A model generated the notes under the pieces. It searched no databases. It saw only the letters and a program-made list of their open reading frames with translations, and had not been told where the DNA came from. DNA of 64,000 bases, taken from Candidatus Poribacteria bacterium (GTDB lineage Bacteria > Poribacteria > WGA-4E > GCA-2687025). The translations under genes were made by a program, and so were the position numbers. This document shows, one piece after another, positions 1 to 9,407 of the stretch (position 1 is the first letter of the stretch; every line of letters begins with the position of its first letter). The DNA lies in assembly GCA_963665845.2 (NCBI GenBank), contig OY762492.1, forward strand, positions 800,001 through 864,000, written 5' to 3'.

Positions 1-1789
1 CCTCAAGAAGCGAGTAGAACAGCTGCTCCGCCGTCAACGGACGGATGCGCGCGCGCGTCAAAAGGTAGTCGTCGTTCTTGTTCAGGTCGGAGGTCTGCGC
101 GGAGCGCTGATACATCTCCGAGTTCAGGATCATCCGCGTCAAATAACGCAGATTGTACCCGTGGCGGACGAAATCCTCCGCCAGCCAATCCAGCAGTTCA
201 GGATGCGACGGAATCGTGTTGACGCCGAACCAGTCGATCGGATCCACGATGCCCGCGCCGGTGAAGTAGTCCCAGATGCGGTTGACAGCCGCTTTGGCGA
301 AGTACGGATTCTCGCCGTCTGTCATCCAGTTCGCGTACGCCTGGCGCCCCGATATTCCCTTGACGCCTTTCCATTCCTGTCCGTCCAGGAAGGTCGCCGG
401 CATATCCATCTCTTTTTCAGGGACGCGCGCCGTGCGAAGCTTGCGGTCTTCCAAATAGGAGCCGATGTACACATCGTTTCCGTCGTCGTCCTTTTCCTCA
501 ATGCGCACGCGGCGCACCGAGTCGAAGAACGCTTTGACCCCGAAAAACTGCTCCTGAAGCCACGGTTCCGACTTATGGTCATGGCACTGCGCGCACTGCA
601 GCGGCAAACCCAAGAAGGTGCGCGATGTGCGCGAGGTCATTTCGTTGGAGTCCAGATCGAACCGAACATAATACTCGGCGGCTCCGATCTCCTGCGTCGG
701 TCCATTGGTGGCGATCAGCTCGCGCACCATGACGTCGTACGGCATGTTGTCTTTGAGCGCGTCGCGCACCCAGGCGCGCAGCCGCGTCGCTTCGCGGCTT
801 TCAGGGTTGTTTCGACCGATGAGCCAGCCCGTCCACAGGTCCGACCAGTGGTCAAGATACTCCTCCGATTTGAGCAGGTTGTCGATGACGCGGACGCGGT
901 TCACACCCGATTTGACATGCTCGCGCGCCGTTTCGGACGGCGGAATGACGCCGGCGAGGTCGAGCCAGATGCGCCGCAGAAACGCGCCGTTCGACGCCTG
1001 TCCAGACGCTTCCAGCCCCGCTTCTTCGATCTTGGCGTACACAAAGTCGTCAATGCGTTTTGAGGACGCTTTGATCTCTTTATCCGAAACCCATTTTTCC
1101 ACTTTGCGCGGACGCTTGCCCGGTCCCTCGGCGGACAGTTTCTTCCCAGGCGGGAAGAGGGAGACGTTGGCGGGACGCGCCGTCGATTTGCCCATGCCGG
1201 GCGGCGTTTTGGCGGCGGCTCTCGGATTGGCGGCGCGCCGTTTAATCGAGGCGGCGGCTCCCTGCGCAGCCAGTTTCACCAGATTCTCGCTGTCGTTTTC
1301 AGCGAGGGCGGTCAAAAGAGCCGCGTCTGAAGGCTCGCCGATGCGGCCGAGAGAGCTTGCGGCGCCTTCCCGCACGCCCCAGTTGCTGTCCGCCAGCATC
1401 GCGCGAACGGCGGTCAACGCTGTCTTGGAGCCTTTCGTCTTGCCGAGAGCCGACACCGCCGCCCAGCGGACGCCGGAGTTGTTGTGCGCCAACAGATACA
1501 CAAGACCCTTGACGCTCGGCTCGGCGCCGGCGGCGAGGCGGTTCAGGTAGTCAACGCGGAGAGCCGCCTTTGCCGCAACCGCTTTTTCAACCAGTTCCAG
1601 CACGCTGGGGGCAAGGTCCGTTTTTTCTACGGTCGGCAGCTTCGGCAGTTCAAGCGCCGCGCTGGAATCGTTCGCAGCCGACGCGGCAGGGGCGGCGCTC
1701 CCCTTTTCAGCCGAGATCATCGGCGGCGCCGCAATCAAAGCCGCGGCAAGAACCGCAGCTAAGACAAAAATCCATTTGCGAGTCGTCAT
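1..1789 (-). CDS. DUF1549/DUF1553 (PSD1-type) protein with N-terminal signal and HEAT repeats; 3' end runs off the window
   Basis: Not in ORF track (no stop in window). Manual translation: MTTRKWIFVLAAVLAAALIA... HEAT-like VRWAAVSALG / VREGAASSLGRIG, then IDDFV, FLRRIWLDLAGVIP, FLGLPLQCAQCHDH, NPYFAKAAVNRIW, PSHPELLDWLAEDF, RPLTAEQL. Alternative in-frame ATG at 1810. Confidence 0.9.
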   Translation of the reverse strand, partial: MTTRKWIFVLAAVLAAALIAAPPMISAEKGSAAPAASAANDSSAALELPKLPTVEKTDLAPSVLELVEKAVAAKAALRVDYLNRLAAGAEPSVKGLVYLLAHNNSGVRWAAVSALGKTKGSKTALTAVRAMLADSNWGVREGAASSLGRIGEPSDAALLTALAENDSENLVKLAAQGAAASIKRRAANPRAAAKTPPGMGKSTARPANVSLFPPGKKLSAEGPGKRPRKVEKWVSDKEIKASSKRIDDFVYAKIEEAGLEASGQASNGAFLRRIWLDLAGVIPPSETAREHVKSGVNRVRVIDNLLKSEEYLDHWSDLWTGWLIGRNNPESREATRLRAWVRDALKDNMPYDVMVRELIATNGPTQEIGAAEYYVRFDLDSNEMTSRTSRTFLGLPLQCAQCHDHKSEPWLQEQFFGVKAFFDSVRRVRIEEKDDDGNDVYIGSYLEDRKLRTARVPEKEMDMPATFLDGQEWKGVKGISGRQAYANWMTDGENPYFAKAAVNRIWDYFTGAGIVDPIDWFGVNTIPSHPELLDWLAEDFVRHGYNLRYLTRMILNSEMYQRSAQTSDLNKNDDYLLTRARIRPLTAEQLFYSLLE

Positions 1790-1829
1790 TTTATAAGTCC
1801 CTTCGTTCATCCAAACGATGCGCTCCTTA

Positions 1830-1859
1830 ACTATACCATGCCGAGAGCGCGTCTGTCAA
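1830..1859 (-). promoter_or_regulatory. sigma70-type promoter
   Basis: TTGACA-18-TATAGT with TGn extension, followed by AAGGAG. Confidence 0.6.
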
Positions 1860-2142
1860 AGCGCGCCGTTCCATACGCATCATACCCGACGGCGCCATGA
1901 TACGCAACTGCCCCGATTCCGACCGCGTCCGCGGCGCTTTTCTAGACTCCCTCTTGAAAAGGGGCAGAGGGATTTTTGCGGAGCGAGACGGTTGGTTGTC
2001 TGAACTAGGATTTTTAGGATTGACCGTCTGCCGGAGCAGGATGGGGGACGGATGCGGACGGCGTCGGCGTAGTCTAAGATTCCCGCGCGTTTTACCGCAA
2101 GGGCGGAAATGACAGGCGGAGAGGCGGAAATGGCGGTCCGCT

Positions 2143-2757
2143 TTATTTTTCTTGTTTGATGCGCCTCTTCGCTTTTGCTTTTGCTCGGTTGATGCTGCCT
2201 TTTAAGCGGCGCGCCGGGGCGAAATTGGCGTTAAGGCGGAGCGCTTCGTCAAGGCATTCCATGGCGGCGTCTACGTTGACCACTTCGACATACGCCTTTG
2301 CCAAGTGAACGTACTTATCGGCGGCGGGTTCCAGTTCTATTGACTTGGTAAAATCCGCCGTTGCGGAGCGGAGCGCGCCCGTCCAATTGTCCTCCAACAA
2401 GTGCAAGGTGAAAGCGGCAATGCCGCGGAAATGGTAAAGAATCCCCGACATAGCATGCGCAATCTCCTCCAGTTCAACCTGCTCCGTCAAACGGATCGCT
2501 TCGTTGAAATGCTCATGCGTCGTTTTAAGCAAGCGGCGGCAAAGGCTGGTTTGGGCGGCGTTTTTTTCGGCGGTATAAAGCGTTTTGCTTGCGCTTAACA
2601 CCGCCGCCGACATCTTCTCCATTCTCGCTGCGTCGGCGGAATTGTCCAAATGAACGACGAACGCATTTGCCGTCTCGCCAATCCTCTTGACGCCGTCGGC
2701 AAATTCGCCGAAATGAATCAACATCCGACCGTCTGGCGAAATCCCTGTCTTGGACAT
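2143..2757 (-). CDS. TPR-containing hypothetical protein
   Basis: C-terminal TPR-like ATADFTKSIELEP...AMECLDEALRLNANFAPA; AAGGAGG SD upstream. Confidence 0.8.
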   Translation of the reverse strand: MSKTGISPDGRMLIHFGEFADGVKRIGETANAFVVHLDNSADAARMEKMSAAVLSASKTLYTAEKNAAQTSLCRRLLKTTHEHFNEAIRLTEQVELEEIAHAMSGILYHFRGIAAFTLHLLEDNWTGALRSATADFTKSIELEPAADKYVHLAKAYVEVVNVDAAMECLDEALRLNANFAPARRLKGSINRAKAKAKRRIKQEK

Positions 2758-2781
2758 GCGCGCCTCCTTTCTTTACAGCAT

Positions 2782-2810
2782 ATTATATGCGTCGGCGCAG
2801 ACGATGTCAA
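2782..2810 (-). promoter_or_regulatory. consensus sigma70 promoter
   Basis: Exact TTGACA-17-TATAAT upstream of the 2143..2757 gene. Confidence 0.8.
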
Positions 2811-2820
2811 CGGCGCCTCA

Positions 2821-2988
2821 CTGACCTTACGTCTACAGCTGGGACATGTCGGCGGGCAAACGCGGACGTCTTCTGTGGCGCCTCTAGATTCCCGCTTACG
2901 CGGGAATGACGGTTTGGTTGGCGACGCCTTTTTCCCATGAATAAAGGCTCTGCGCGTCTAACTGTCCCAACTTTATGCATGAGGTCAG
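2821..2988. mobile_element. MITE-like element type A (168 bp, 26-bp imperfect TIRs, internal REP)
   Basis: Ends CTGACCTTACGTCTACAGCTGGGACA ... TGTCCCAACTTTATGCATGAGGTCAG; same-length homologous copy at 61976..62143. Confidence 0.75.
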
Positions 2989-3038
2989 GGCTGGGGGGAT
3001 TTCTGGACTCCCCCTTGAAAAGGGGGGCAGGGGGGGTT

Positions 3039-4055
3039 TTAGCCGCCGTTCTTTTGAAAAAAGCGGCGGTAGACGCGGCGCGCCCAAGGCTCCGCCGTAC
3101 GCCAAAGCCGAAAACGGACCGGCGACAGCGCCTTCTCCCACACCCCGAACTGAAACGCGGACGCCCCAAACGACGCCTTGAACGCCGCCACCCCCGGCTG
3201 GTCGGGAGGCGACGCGCCAAAATCGACCCGCTTATAACCGCGTTCAACCGCCCAGCGCAGCGCGTCGTCATACAGCAGCCGATTGGCGGCAAACGGGCGC
3301 GACTCCAGCGTACCCGCCGCCATCCAGATCGACGCCTCCCGCGCGTAATGGAGCAGCAGCAGTCCGGCGGCGACGCGCCCCTCCCGCTCCGCGACCGTCA
3401 ACCGCCCGATCGGCGACAGCGCGAGCCGACGCACCAACCCAAACGGCTTTGCGGGGCTTCCGAAACGGCGCATCGTCTCCGCGTAGATGGCATAAAACGC
3501 CGCCGCGTCCGCCTCCCCCTCGGCTTCCCGCGTTGTCACGCCGCTTTTGCGCGCCTTTCGAATGTCGGTGCGCGCGTTGCCTTTGTAGCGGTTCCAGAGC
3601 GTTTCAGCGTCCGCGGGGAGGCGCAGCCTGTGGGTCGTTTTGCGTTCTTTTAAAGAGAACCCCGCCCGTTTTAATATCGGCTCGTCCAGCGGGCATGCGA
3701 TCGTCAACCCGCACTGTCCGCGGCTTTTCGCCGCCTTCTCCCATGCGTTCAACGCTTCCTCAATGTCCATATCGGAGAGCGGTTGAAGCGGAAGCAGACC
3801 CCCCGGCAAGTTCCACGGCAGCGCCTCAGAAAAGGAGAAAAACGGCGCCGGCGCAAACGAAAATCCCGCCCATAAAGCCGCCCGCTCCCCGCCTCGAGTC
3901 GCCGCCCGCCGCTCCGTTCGATACTGCGGAAACGCCTCCTCCAGCGCGCGCGCCCATTCGGTGGAATGAAACGCGTTCGCGCCGCCGCAGGCGCCGATGA
4001 GCGCGTCCCACTCCTCCGCGTCGATCGGCTCCAGTCGCATATCTGTATGGTTCAT
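3039..4055 (-). CDS. GNAT-fold FemAB/CelD-BcsL-like acyltransferase
   Basis: NAFHSTEW, RTDIRKARKSGV, ANRLLYDDALRWAVERGYKRVDFG, GVAAFKASFGA typical of Acetyltransf_6/FemAB-like proteins. Confidence 0.85.
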   Translation of the reverse strand: MNHTDMRLEPIDAEEWDALIGACGGANAFHSTEWARALEEAFPQYRTERRAATRGGERAALWAGFSFAPAPFFSFSEALPWNLPGGLLPLQPLSDMDIEEALNAWEKAAKSRGQCGLTIACPLDEPILKRAGFSLKERKTTHRLRLPADAETLWNRYKGNARTDIRKARKSGVTTREAEGEADAAAFYAIYAETMRRFGSPAKPFGLVRRLALSPIGRLTVAEREGRVAAGLLLLHYAREASIWMAAGTLESRPFAANRLLYDDALRWAVERGYKRVDFGASPPDQPGVAAFKASFGASAFQFGVWEKALSPVRFRLWRTAEPWARRVYRRFFQKNGG

Positions 4056-5008
4056 TTATGTTGGTGCGCTTTCATGCCGCCCCGTCCCGTCCACAGCGAT
4101 AGGACGCCCGCCCCCGCCGCGTACAACAGCGCCGCCGCATGGAGAGCCAACGCGGACGAAACGGCGGTTTTCCCGTCCGAGCCGACCAGCGACAACGCCC
4201 ATGCCCATGGCAATTCCGCCGCTCCGATTCCCGCAAAGCCTTGTATCGGCAGCAGATTTGCCAATCCTGTGAATGTCATCGCAAAAAGCCCCTGCGCTGC
4301 GGACAGGTCGGGAAACATCGCCCAGAGCAGATACAGCTGAAAACCGAAACGCGCCGCCAAACAGAGCGCCGAGTACAGCGCGCCCTTCGCCAAAATCGGC
4401 GCGGGCGTCTGCCGTTGAAGCTCCTTCTGCAGCCGGGCGAGCTGTTTTCCTAAAAAAGGGAGCCTGTCGAAGCGCCAATTCCGCCGCGCGACAGGCACGG
4501 CAACCGTCGCCGCGGCGCATCCAGCGACCGAAAACCATGTCAAAATGCGCAGCGCAGGCGACTCGATTCGCGCCAAAAAATACGCCCCTAAACCCGCCGA
4601 CAACGCAAGCCGCATCCATGCGTCCGCCAGACCCGCCAGCAGAAACGACGCCGCTCCGCGGTCGACAGGCTCCCCCATCCGATCTTTGAGCAGCGGGATG
4701 TAGGACAGGTCGCCGAGGCGCATCGGGAGTATGTTTGACCAAAACGTCTGCGCGCAAACGACGCCGTACAACGCCTTGCTAAACGGCAGTTTCAAAAACG
4801 CGGCGAAGCGCAGAGCCTTCAGCGCGACAAACAGCAGATACGCCGCAAACCCGACCGCCAATCCCGCCGCGCCGAGCCTCCGCGCGGGCGTCCACAGGTC
4901 GCTCCACTCGATGCCGCGCGCGATCCAGACGAGACCCGCCGCGCCCGCCGCCGACAGCAGAACGAAACGCAGCGCGCTCCAAACGCCGCTCCGTCGGTCA
5001 TTCCTCAA
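4052..5008 (-). CDS. lysylphosphatidylglycerol synthase TM / UPF0104 flippase-like membrane protein
   Basis: Multiple TM segments, KALRF, NILPMRLGDL, LPIQGFAGIGAAE; probable TTG start at 5008 overlapping the upstream gene end. Confidence 0.8.
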   Translation of the reverse strand: MRNDRRSGVWSALRFVLLSAAGAAGLVWIARGIEWSDLWTPARRLGAAGLAVGFAAYLLFVALKALRFAAFLKLPFSKALYGVVCAQTFWSNILPMRLGDLSYIPLLKDRMGEPVDRGAASFLLAGLADAWMRLALSAGLGAYFLARIESPALRILTWFSVAGCAAATVAVPVARRNWRFDRLPFLGKQLARLQKELQRQTPAPILAKGALYSALCLAARFGFQLYLLWAMFPDLSAAQGLFAMTFTGLANLLPIQGFAGIGAAELPWAWALSLVGSDGKTAVSSALALHAAALLYAAGAGVLSLWTGRGGMKAHQHK

Positions 5009-6293
5009 AGGCGAAATCGACCCTCCGCAGACGGCGCGCCGCCTCCTCAATGACGGACGCCTCGGTCGGCAAGCCGCACTCTGGGATCGGTCGGATCGTC
5101 GCCGCCCAGCGCAGCCAGATCCGCTCATCCACCGTGTAATGCATGAGCGAGATGCGCAGCTCTTGGCGAAACCACTGGACGCACTCAACGGCGTTTTCAA
5201 ACGGATGCCCATTTGCGGCGGTCGGTCCGGGCGTGAACTGGCACAGCCCCGCGTCCGGCATGGCGCTCTGGAAGCCCGCGCCGACCAGCGCTTCATACAG
5301 CCGCTCATGCAGATGCGCGTAGGCGGCGCGCGTCTCGTCCGCCCAGTCGGGTCGGCTCAAACACTCCAGCGCCGCCGCGATGGAGGGACCGAACATCCCC
5401 GAATCTTTCACATCGGTCGCCTTCCGAACCGCCTTGATGAAGGTCGGATGCGCGGCGATCCAGCCGAAACGCAGCCCCGTCGCGTTCCACGCCTTGCTGA
5501 CGCTCTGCAGAACGACGCACCGCCGCTCCCAGCCGGGAACGGTCAAAACGCTCGCGATTTCAGGCTTGTAAGCGATGTCGATATACGCCTCGTCCACAAT
5601 CAGCATGGCGTCGTTTTCGTCCGCCCATTCCAGAAGCCTCGCCCAGTCGTCCGCCGTGTAGCCCGTCCCTGTCGGCGTGTGCGGAATGTTGACATACATG
5701 AACAGCTTCCGCCCTGTCGGGAGGTACATCTGCGTGTTGATGCGCCATTTTCCGCCTTCGCGGGTCATCGGCGCGTCGATGGCGTCGGCGCCGCGTTTGT
5801 TGAGCGCGCTTTTGATGACAGGATAGCCGGGCGACGGAAAAATGAGCGTTGAGTTCTCGTCAAACAGAACGGACGGCAGATACTCGGCGAGGCACCGCTT
5901 GATCGATCCCGGCGAGTATTGAACCCAGTCGGCGTTCAGCTGGACAGGCGAGTCGGGGCGCCGTTTGTTGAGATACGCCGCAATCGCCTCATGCGTGTCC
6001 TGAAAACCGGCGCCTTCGCGGACGCCCGCGTTGTCGGTGTAACGGGTCGCGTCGGGCGAGTTTTCATAATACCGCCGTGCCGCGTCCATCGCTTCTGGGC
6101 GCATCTTCCATGTCGGGTCCGCAATCGATAGCGTCAACAGCGCCGAGCTTGCGTCGCCTGGTCGGTTCGCTTTGGAGAGGCCGCGCTCCTCCGCCAGAAC
6201 GTTGCTGAAAGCGTATCCGCCGCCGGGCGCGTCAAAATCGGCTCCGCCCGCCCTCTCGGCGATGACGGAGCGCCAACGAGCTTCAACATCCAT
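4998..6293 (-). CDS. PLP-dependent aminotransferase class I/II (LL-diaminopimelate aminotransferase-like)
   Basis: PSPGYPV, NIPHTPTG, IVDEAY, SVSKAWNATGLRFGW (PLP lysine), KDSGMF. Confidence 0.85.
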   Translation of the reverse strand: MDVEARWRSVIAERAGGADFDAPGGGYAFSNVLAEERGLSKANRPGDASSALLTLSIADPTWKMRPEAMDAARRYYENSPDATRYTDNAGVREGAGFQDTHEAIAAYLNKRRPDSPVQLNADWVQYSPGSIKRCLAEYLPSVLFDENSTLIFPSPGYPVIKSALNKRGADAIDAPMTREGGKWRINTQMYLPTGRKLFMYVNIPHTPTGTGYTADDWARLLEWADENDAMLIVDEAYIDIAYKPEIASVLTVPGWERRCVVLQSVSKAWNATGLRFGWIAAHPTFIKAVRKATDVKDSGMFGPSIAAALECLSRPDWADETRAAYAHLHERLYEALVGAGFQSAMPDAGLCQFTPGPTAANGHPFENAVECVQWFRQELRISLMHYTVDERIWLRWAATIRPIPECGLPTEASVIEEAARRLRRVDFAFEE

Positions 6294-6328
6294 ATCGTTC
6301 TATCCTTTCATCATATTTTCAACCCGCC

Positions 6329-6428
6329 GTCATTCCCGCGCAAGCGGGAATCTAGAGTTTTTTCAGACAACATCTGCATTCCAAAACGGCTCTAAAATCA
6401 AAATCATCGTCTATATAGAGACTGCCCG
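6329..6428. mobile_element. partial MITE type B with REP
   Basis: GTCATTCCCGCGCAAGCGGGAATC...ATCATCGTCTATATAGAGACTGCCCG, homologous to 10731..10879 and 24098..24249. Confidence 0.65.
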
Positions 6429-7334
6429 CGCTTGACATGGATCATCAATCGTTTTCATCGGCTGATGGTCATGGCGGACAACCGCCTCAAACGCGCGCCA
6501 TTCATTCATCGTCAACGCGCGTTGAACCGCCCAGCCGCCTTCTTGAAGCGCCGCCGACAAATAGGCAGCCTCGTCCGCCGTGAAGCCTGAAAAGACCGCC
6601 TTTCCGCCCCGTTTCAACAGCCCGTCCAGATACGGCATTTCTTGGATAATGGTCGGCGCCAGTATGTTCATGAGCAGCAGGTCGAAACGTTCCTCGATCT
6701 CCGCAGCGCTTCCCTGTCTCGTTTCAACGCGGTCGGAGACGCAGTTTAGACGCGCATTCGCCTCGGCGACAGGAATCGCCTTCGGGTCAATATCGACCGC
6801 TAGGCAGCGCGCCGCGCCCAGTTTCGCCGCCGCGATGGCCAAAATGCCGGAGCCGCATCCAAGGTCAAGTACCGTTTTGCCGTCCATTTCCGCCTCGGCG
6901 AGCGCCTGAAGACAGAGCCGCGTCGATTCATGCCGCCCCGTTCCAAACGCCATTCCAGGGTCAAGCCGCACCACCGCCCGCGGCGCGTCCGCCGGCAGCG
7001 GCTCCCACGACGGCGCGACCAGCAGCGCTTCCCCAAAACGCTGCGGCGGAAAATAGGAGCGCCAATCGATCCAGTCCGTTTTTTGAAACGTCCGCGACGA
7101 CACCCGCCCCGGCGCCGTCTCCAAGCCGCATGCTTGAATCTGCGCCAGCGCCGCCCGCGTCTGTCGAACCCGCGCCTCCGCGTCGTCCGACAGCGCAAAA
7201 CAGCCGCTCACCGACCATGACCCGTCCGCCTCTTCAGAATACACCCCCTCGGCGCCCATCCGCTCCATCTGATGCATGAGAGCCTCCACCGCTTCAAAAG
7301 AGACGACCGCTTCTATAATGTGAACGGGGTTCAT
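6411..7334 (-). CDS. prmA: ribosomal protein L11 methyltransferase
   Basis: [32 protein letters not shown]; follows dnaJ. Confidence 0.95.
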   Translation of the reverse strand: MNPVHIIEAVVSFEAVEALMHQMERMGAEGVYSEEADGSWSVSGCFALSDDAEARVRQTRAALAQIQACGLETAPGRVSSRTFQKTDWIDWRSYFPPQRFGEALLVAPSWEPLPADAPRAVVRLDPGMAFGTGRHESTRLCLQALAEAEMDGKTVLDLGCGSGILAIAAAKLGAARCLAVDIDPKAIPVAEANARLNCVSDRVETRQGSAAEIEERFDLLLMNILAPTIIQEMPYLDGLLKRGGKAVFSGFTADEAAYLSAALQEGGWAVQRALTMNEWRAFEAVVRHDHQPMKTIDDPCQARAVSI

Positions 7335-8488
7335 TCGTCTTTCTGCTCGCCGGTGAACAGGTCTTTGATCTCCTTAAAAAAGCTGCGCTTTGGTTTCGCG
7401 TCCCGCTTCAGGTTGTCCGCCCCCTTGACTTGACGCTTCTTTTCGGAACGCAGCGCGTCAAATTCGCGCAACAGCTCCTTCTCTTTTTCGGTTAATTTCG
7501 TCGGCGTTTCCACCGCAAACAGCAGCTTCAAATCGCCGCGTCCGCTCCGCTGAAGGCGCGGCATTCCCTTCCCGCGCAGCGTCGCCACATGCCCAGACTG
7601 CGTCCCAGGGGCGATGCGGATCGTCTCCTCGCTTCCGTCGATGAGCCGTACCTGTATGTCCGCGCCGAGCGCCGCGTCCGACATGGAGACCCGCTCTTCA
7701 ACGAACAAATGCGGACCATGCCGTTCAAAACGAGGATGCGGCTGGACGCGCACATCGGCGAGCAGGTTGCCTGCCGGCGCCCCCCGTTGACCCGCATGCC
7801 CCTCTCCGTTGACGCGCACCGTCTGTCCGTCGCTGACGCCGGGCGGCGCCATGACGCGCGTTTTTGCGGTCGCTCGGACGCGCCCTTCGCCTCGGCAGTC
7901 GGCGCATGGAGTTTCAACAACGCTTCCGCGTCCGGAGCAGCGGGGGCAGGTTTGCTGAACGCTGAAAAATCCCCGCTGAAACACGATCTTGCCAGCCCCG
8001 CCGCATTGAGAGCATGAAACGGGCTGCGTTCCAGGCTTCATCCCGTTTCCAGAGCAGGTTCCGCACCGTTCCAAACGCTGCGCCTCAATTAAAAATGTCT
8101 TGCCTTCGTACGCCTCTTCCAGCGTCATTTTCACGCGAACGCGCAGGTCGGCTCCGCGCCGCTCGCGGACGCCGCCCATGTTCATCATGTCGCCAAAATC
8201 GCCGAACATTTGCGCAAACAGGTCCATAATGTCCGACGTTGACCCTGCCGAATACCGCCCGCGGTCCTGCATGCCCGCATGCCCGAACCGGTCGTACTGC
8301 GCGCGCATTTTCGGATCGCTTAGCGTCTGGTACGCCTCGCCGACCTCCTTGAAAGCCGCCTCGGCGGCGGGGTCGTCCGGGTTCTTGTCAGGGTGGTACT
8401 GCTGCGCGAGCTTCCGAAACGCCCTCTTGATCTGCTCCTGCGACGCTTCCCGTTCAACGCCTAGCGTTTCGTAATAGTCTCTCGGCAT
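7331..8488 (-). CDS. dnaJ: chaperone DnaJ
   Basis: Start at [11 protein letters not shown]; HPD motif; four CxxCxGxG repeats. Confidence 0.97.
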   Translation of the reverse strand: MPRDYYETLGVEREASQEQIKRAFRKLAQQYHPDKNPDDPAAEAAFKEVGEAYQTLSDPKMRAQYDRFGHAGMQDRGRYSAGSTSDIMDLFAQMFGDFGDMMNMGGVRERRGADLRVRVKMTLEEAYEGKTFLIEAQRLERCGTCSGNGMKPGTQPVSCSQCGGAGKIVFQRGFFSVQQTCPRCSGRGSVVETPCADCRGEGRVRATAKTRVMAPPGVSDGQTVRVNGEGHAGQRGAPAGNLLADVRVQPHPRFERHGPHLFVEERVSMSDAALGADIQVRLIDGSEETIRIAPGTQSGHVATLRGKGMPRLQRSGRGDLKLLFAVETPTKLTEKEKELLREFDALRSEKKRQVKGADNLKRDAKPKRSFFKEIKDLFTGEQKDE

Positions 8489-8489
8489 T

Positions 8490-9380
8490 TCACGCCTCGG
8501 TCTTGTTGTCGTTCGTTTCTTCTGCGGCTTCTTCGGTTGAGTTTTCGTCGCCCGCTTCCGCCGCCTCTGCAGTTTCTTCCGCGTTTTCTTCGGTTGAGTT
8601 TTCCGCGCTCTCTTCCGGCGGAACCTCGGTTTCCGCGTCAGGTTCAACAGATTCCGCCGCGTCCGCGCCCGCCACAATCACATCGGCGTACCGCAGTACC
8701 CTGCCGCGCAGCTGATAGCCGCGCCGCTGAACCTCCACCACATCGCCTTTGCGAAAACCTTCCACCGGAAAAGGAACCTCCCCCGTCGCTTGATGCGCAT
8801 TTGGATCCATCGGCTCCCCCTTCGCCGGCTCAATCGGCTCCAGATCGGCGTTTTCAAACGCGGCGTCCATCTTTTTGATGATGCCCTTCATCCCGTCCTG
8901 AATGGCGCTGACGGAGACTCGCACCATCTCGGACGCTCTCAACGCGAGCGTCATGTCGTCGCGGACCGGGATCAGCTCCTTTAAAAGACCCGCCGATCCA
9001 AAGTTGAGCGCCTCGTCCCGCGCCTTTTCAGCGCGTTTGCGCTGCTCGTCGTAAACCGATATGGAACGCGCCGCCTGATCATACTTGCCGCGCAGTTCCT
9101 CCCGCTCCGCGTACGCCGCCTCCAATTGAGCCAGCAGCTCCTCCCGCTCCGCGTACGCCTCCTCCAAGGCTTTCGCCAGCTGGTCGTTTTCTTTAACAAG
9201 GGCGATGAGAACATCCTCTTCGGTCGGCGTTTCGGTTTCTTCTTCGACAGATTCGGTTCTTTCTTCGGTCGGTTCGCTGTCGATCTGTATCGTCACGCTG
9301 CCGTCTGGTTCGATGGAAGTACCCGCTTTTTCCGTTTTCTGCGCATCGTCCTGCGTCTGTTTTTTATCGCACATGCTCAA
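8490..9380 (-). CDS. grpE: nucleotide exchange factor GrpE with acidic extensions
   Basis: [42 protein letters not shown]; between hrcA and dnaJ. Confidence 0.92.
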   Translation of the reverse strand: MSMCDKKQTQDDAQKTEKAGTSIEPDGSVTIQIDSEPTEERTESVEEETETPTEEDVLIALVKENDQLAKALEEAYAEREELLAQLEAAYAEREELRGKYDQAARSISVYDEQRKRAEKARDEALNFGSAGLLKELIPVRDDMTLALRASEMVRVSVSAIQDGMKGIIKKMDAAFENADLEPIEPAKGEPMDPNAHQATGEVPFPVEGFRKGDVVEVQRRGYQLRGRVLRYADVIVAGADAAESVEPDAETEVPPEESAENSTEENAEETAEAAEAGDENSTEEAAEETNDNKTEA

Positions 9381-9407
9381 TGGCTCTCGCTTTCGATGTT
9401 GCCTGAA

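Noticed and set aside
161-1762. Plus-strand ORFs of 300, 281 and 92 aa
   Set aside because: Antisense shadows of the DUF1549/1553 gene; the same applies to most overlapping ORFs in this GC-rich window (for example 4731..5852, 24327..25475, 43565..44488, 53851..54828).
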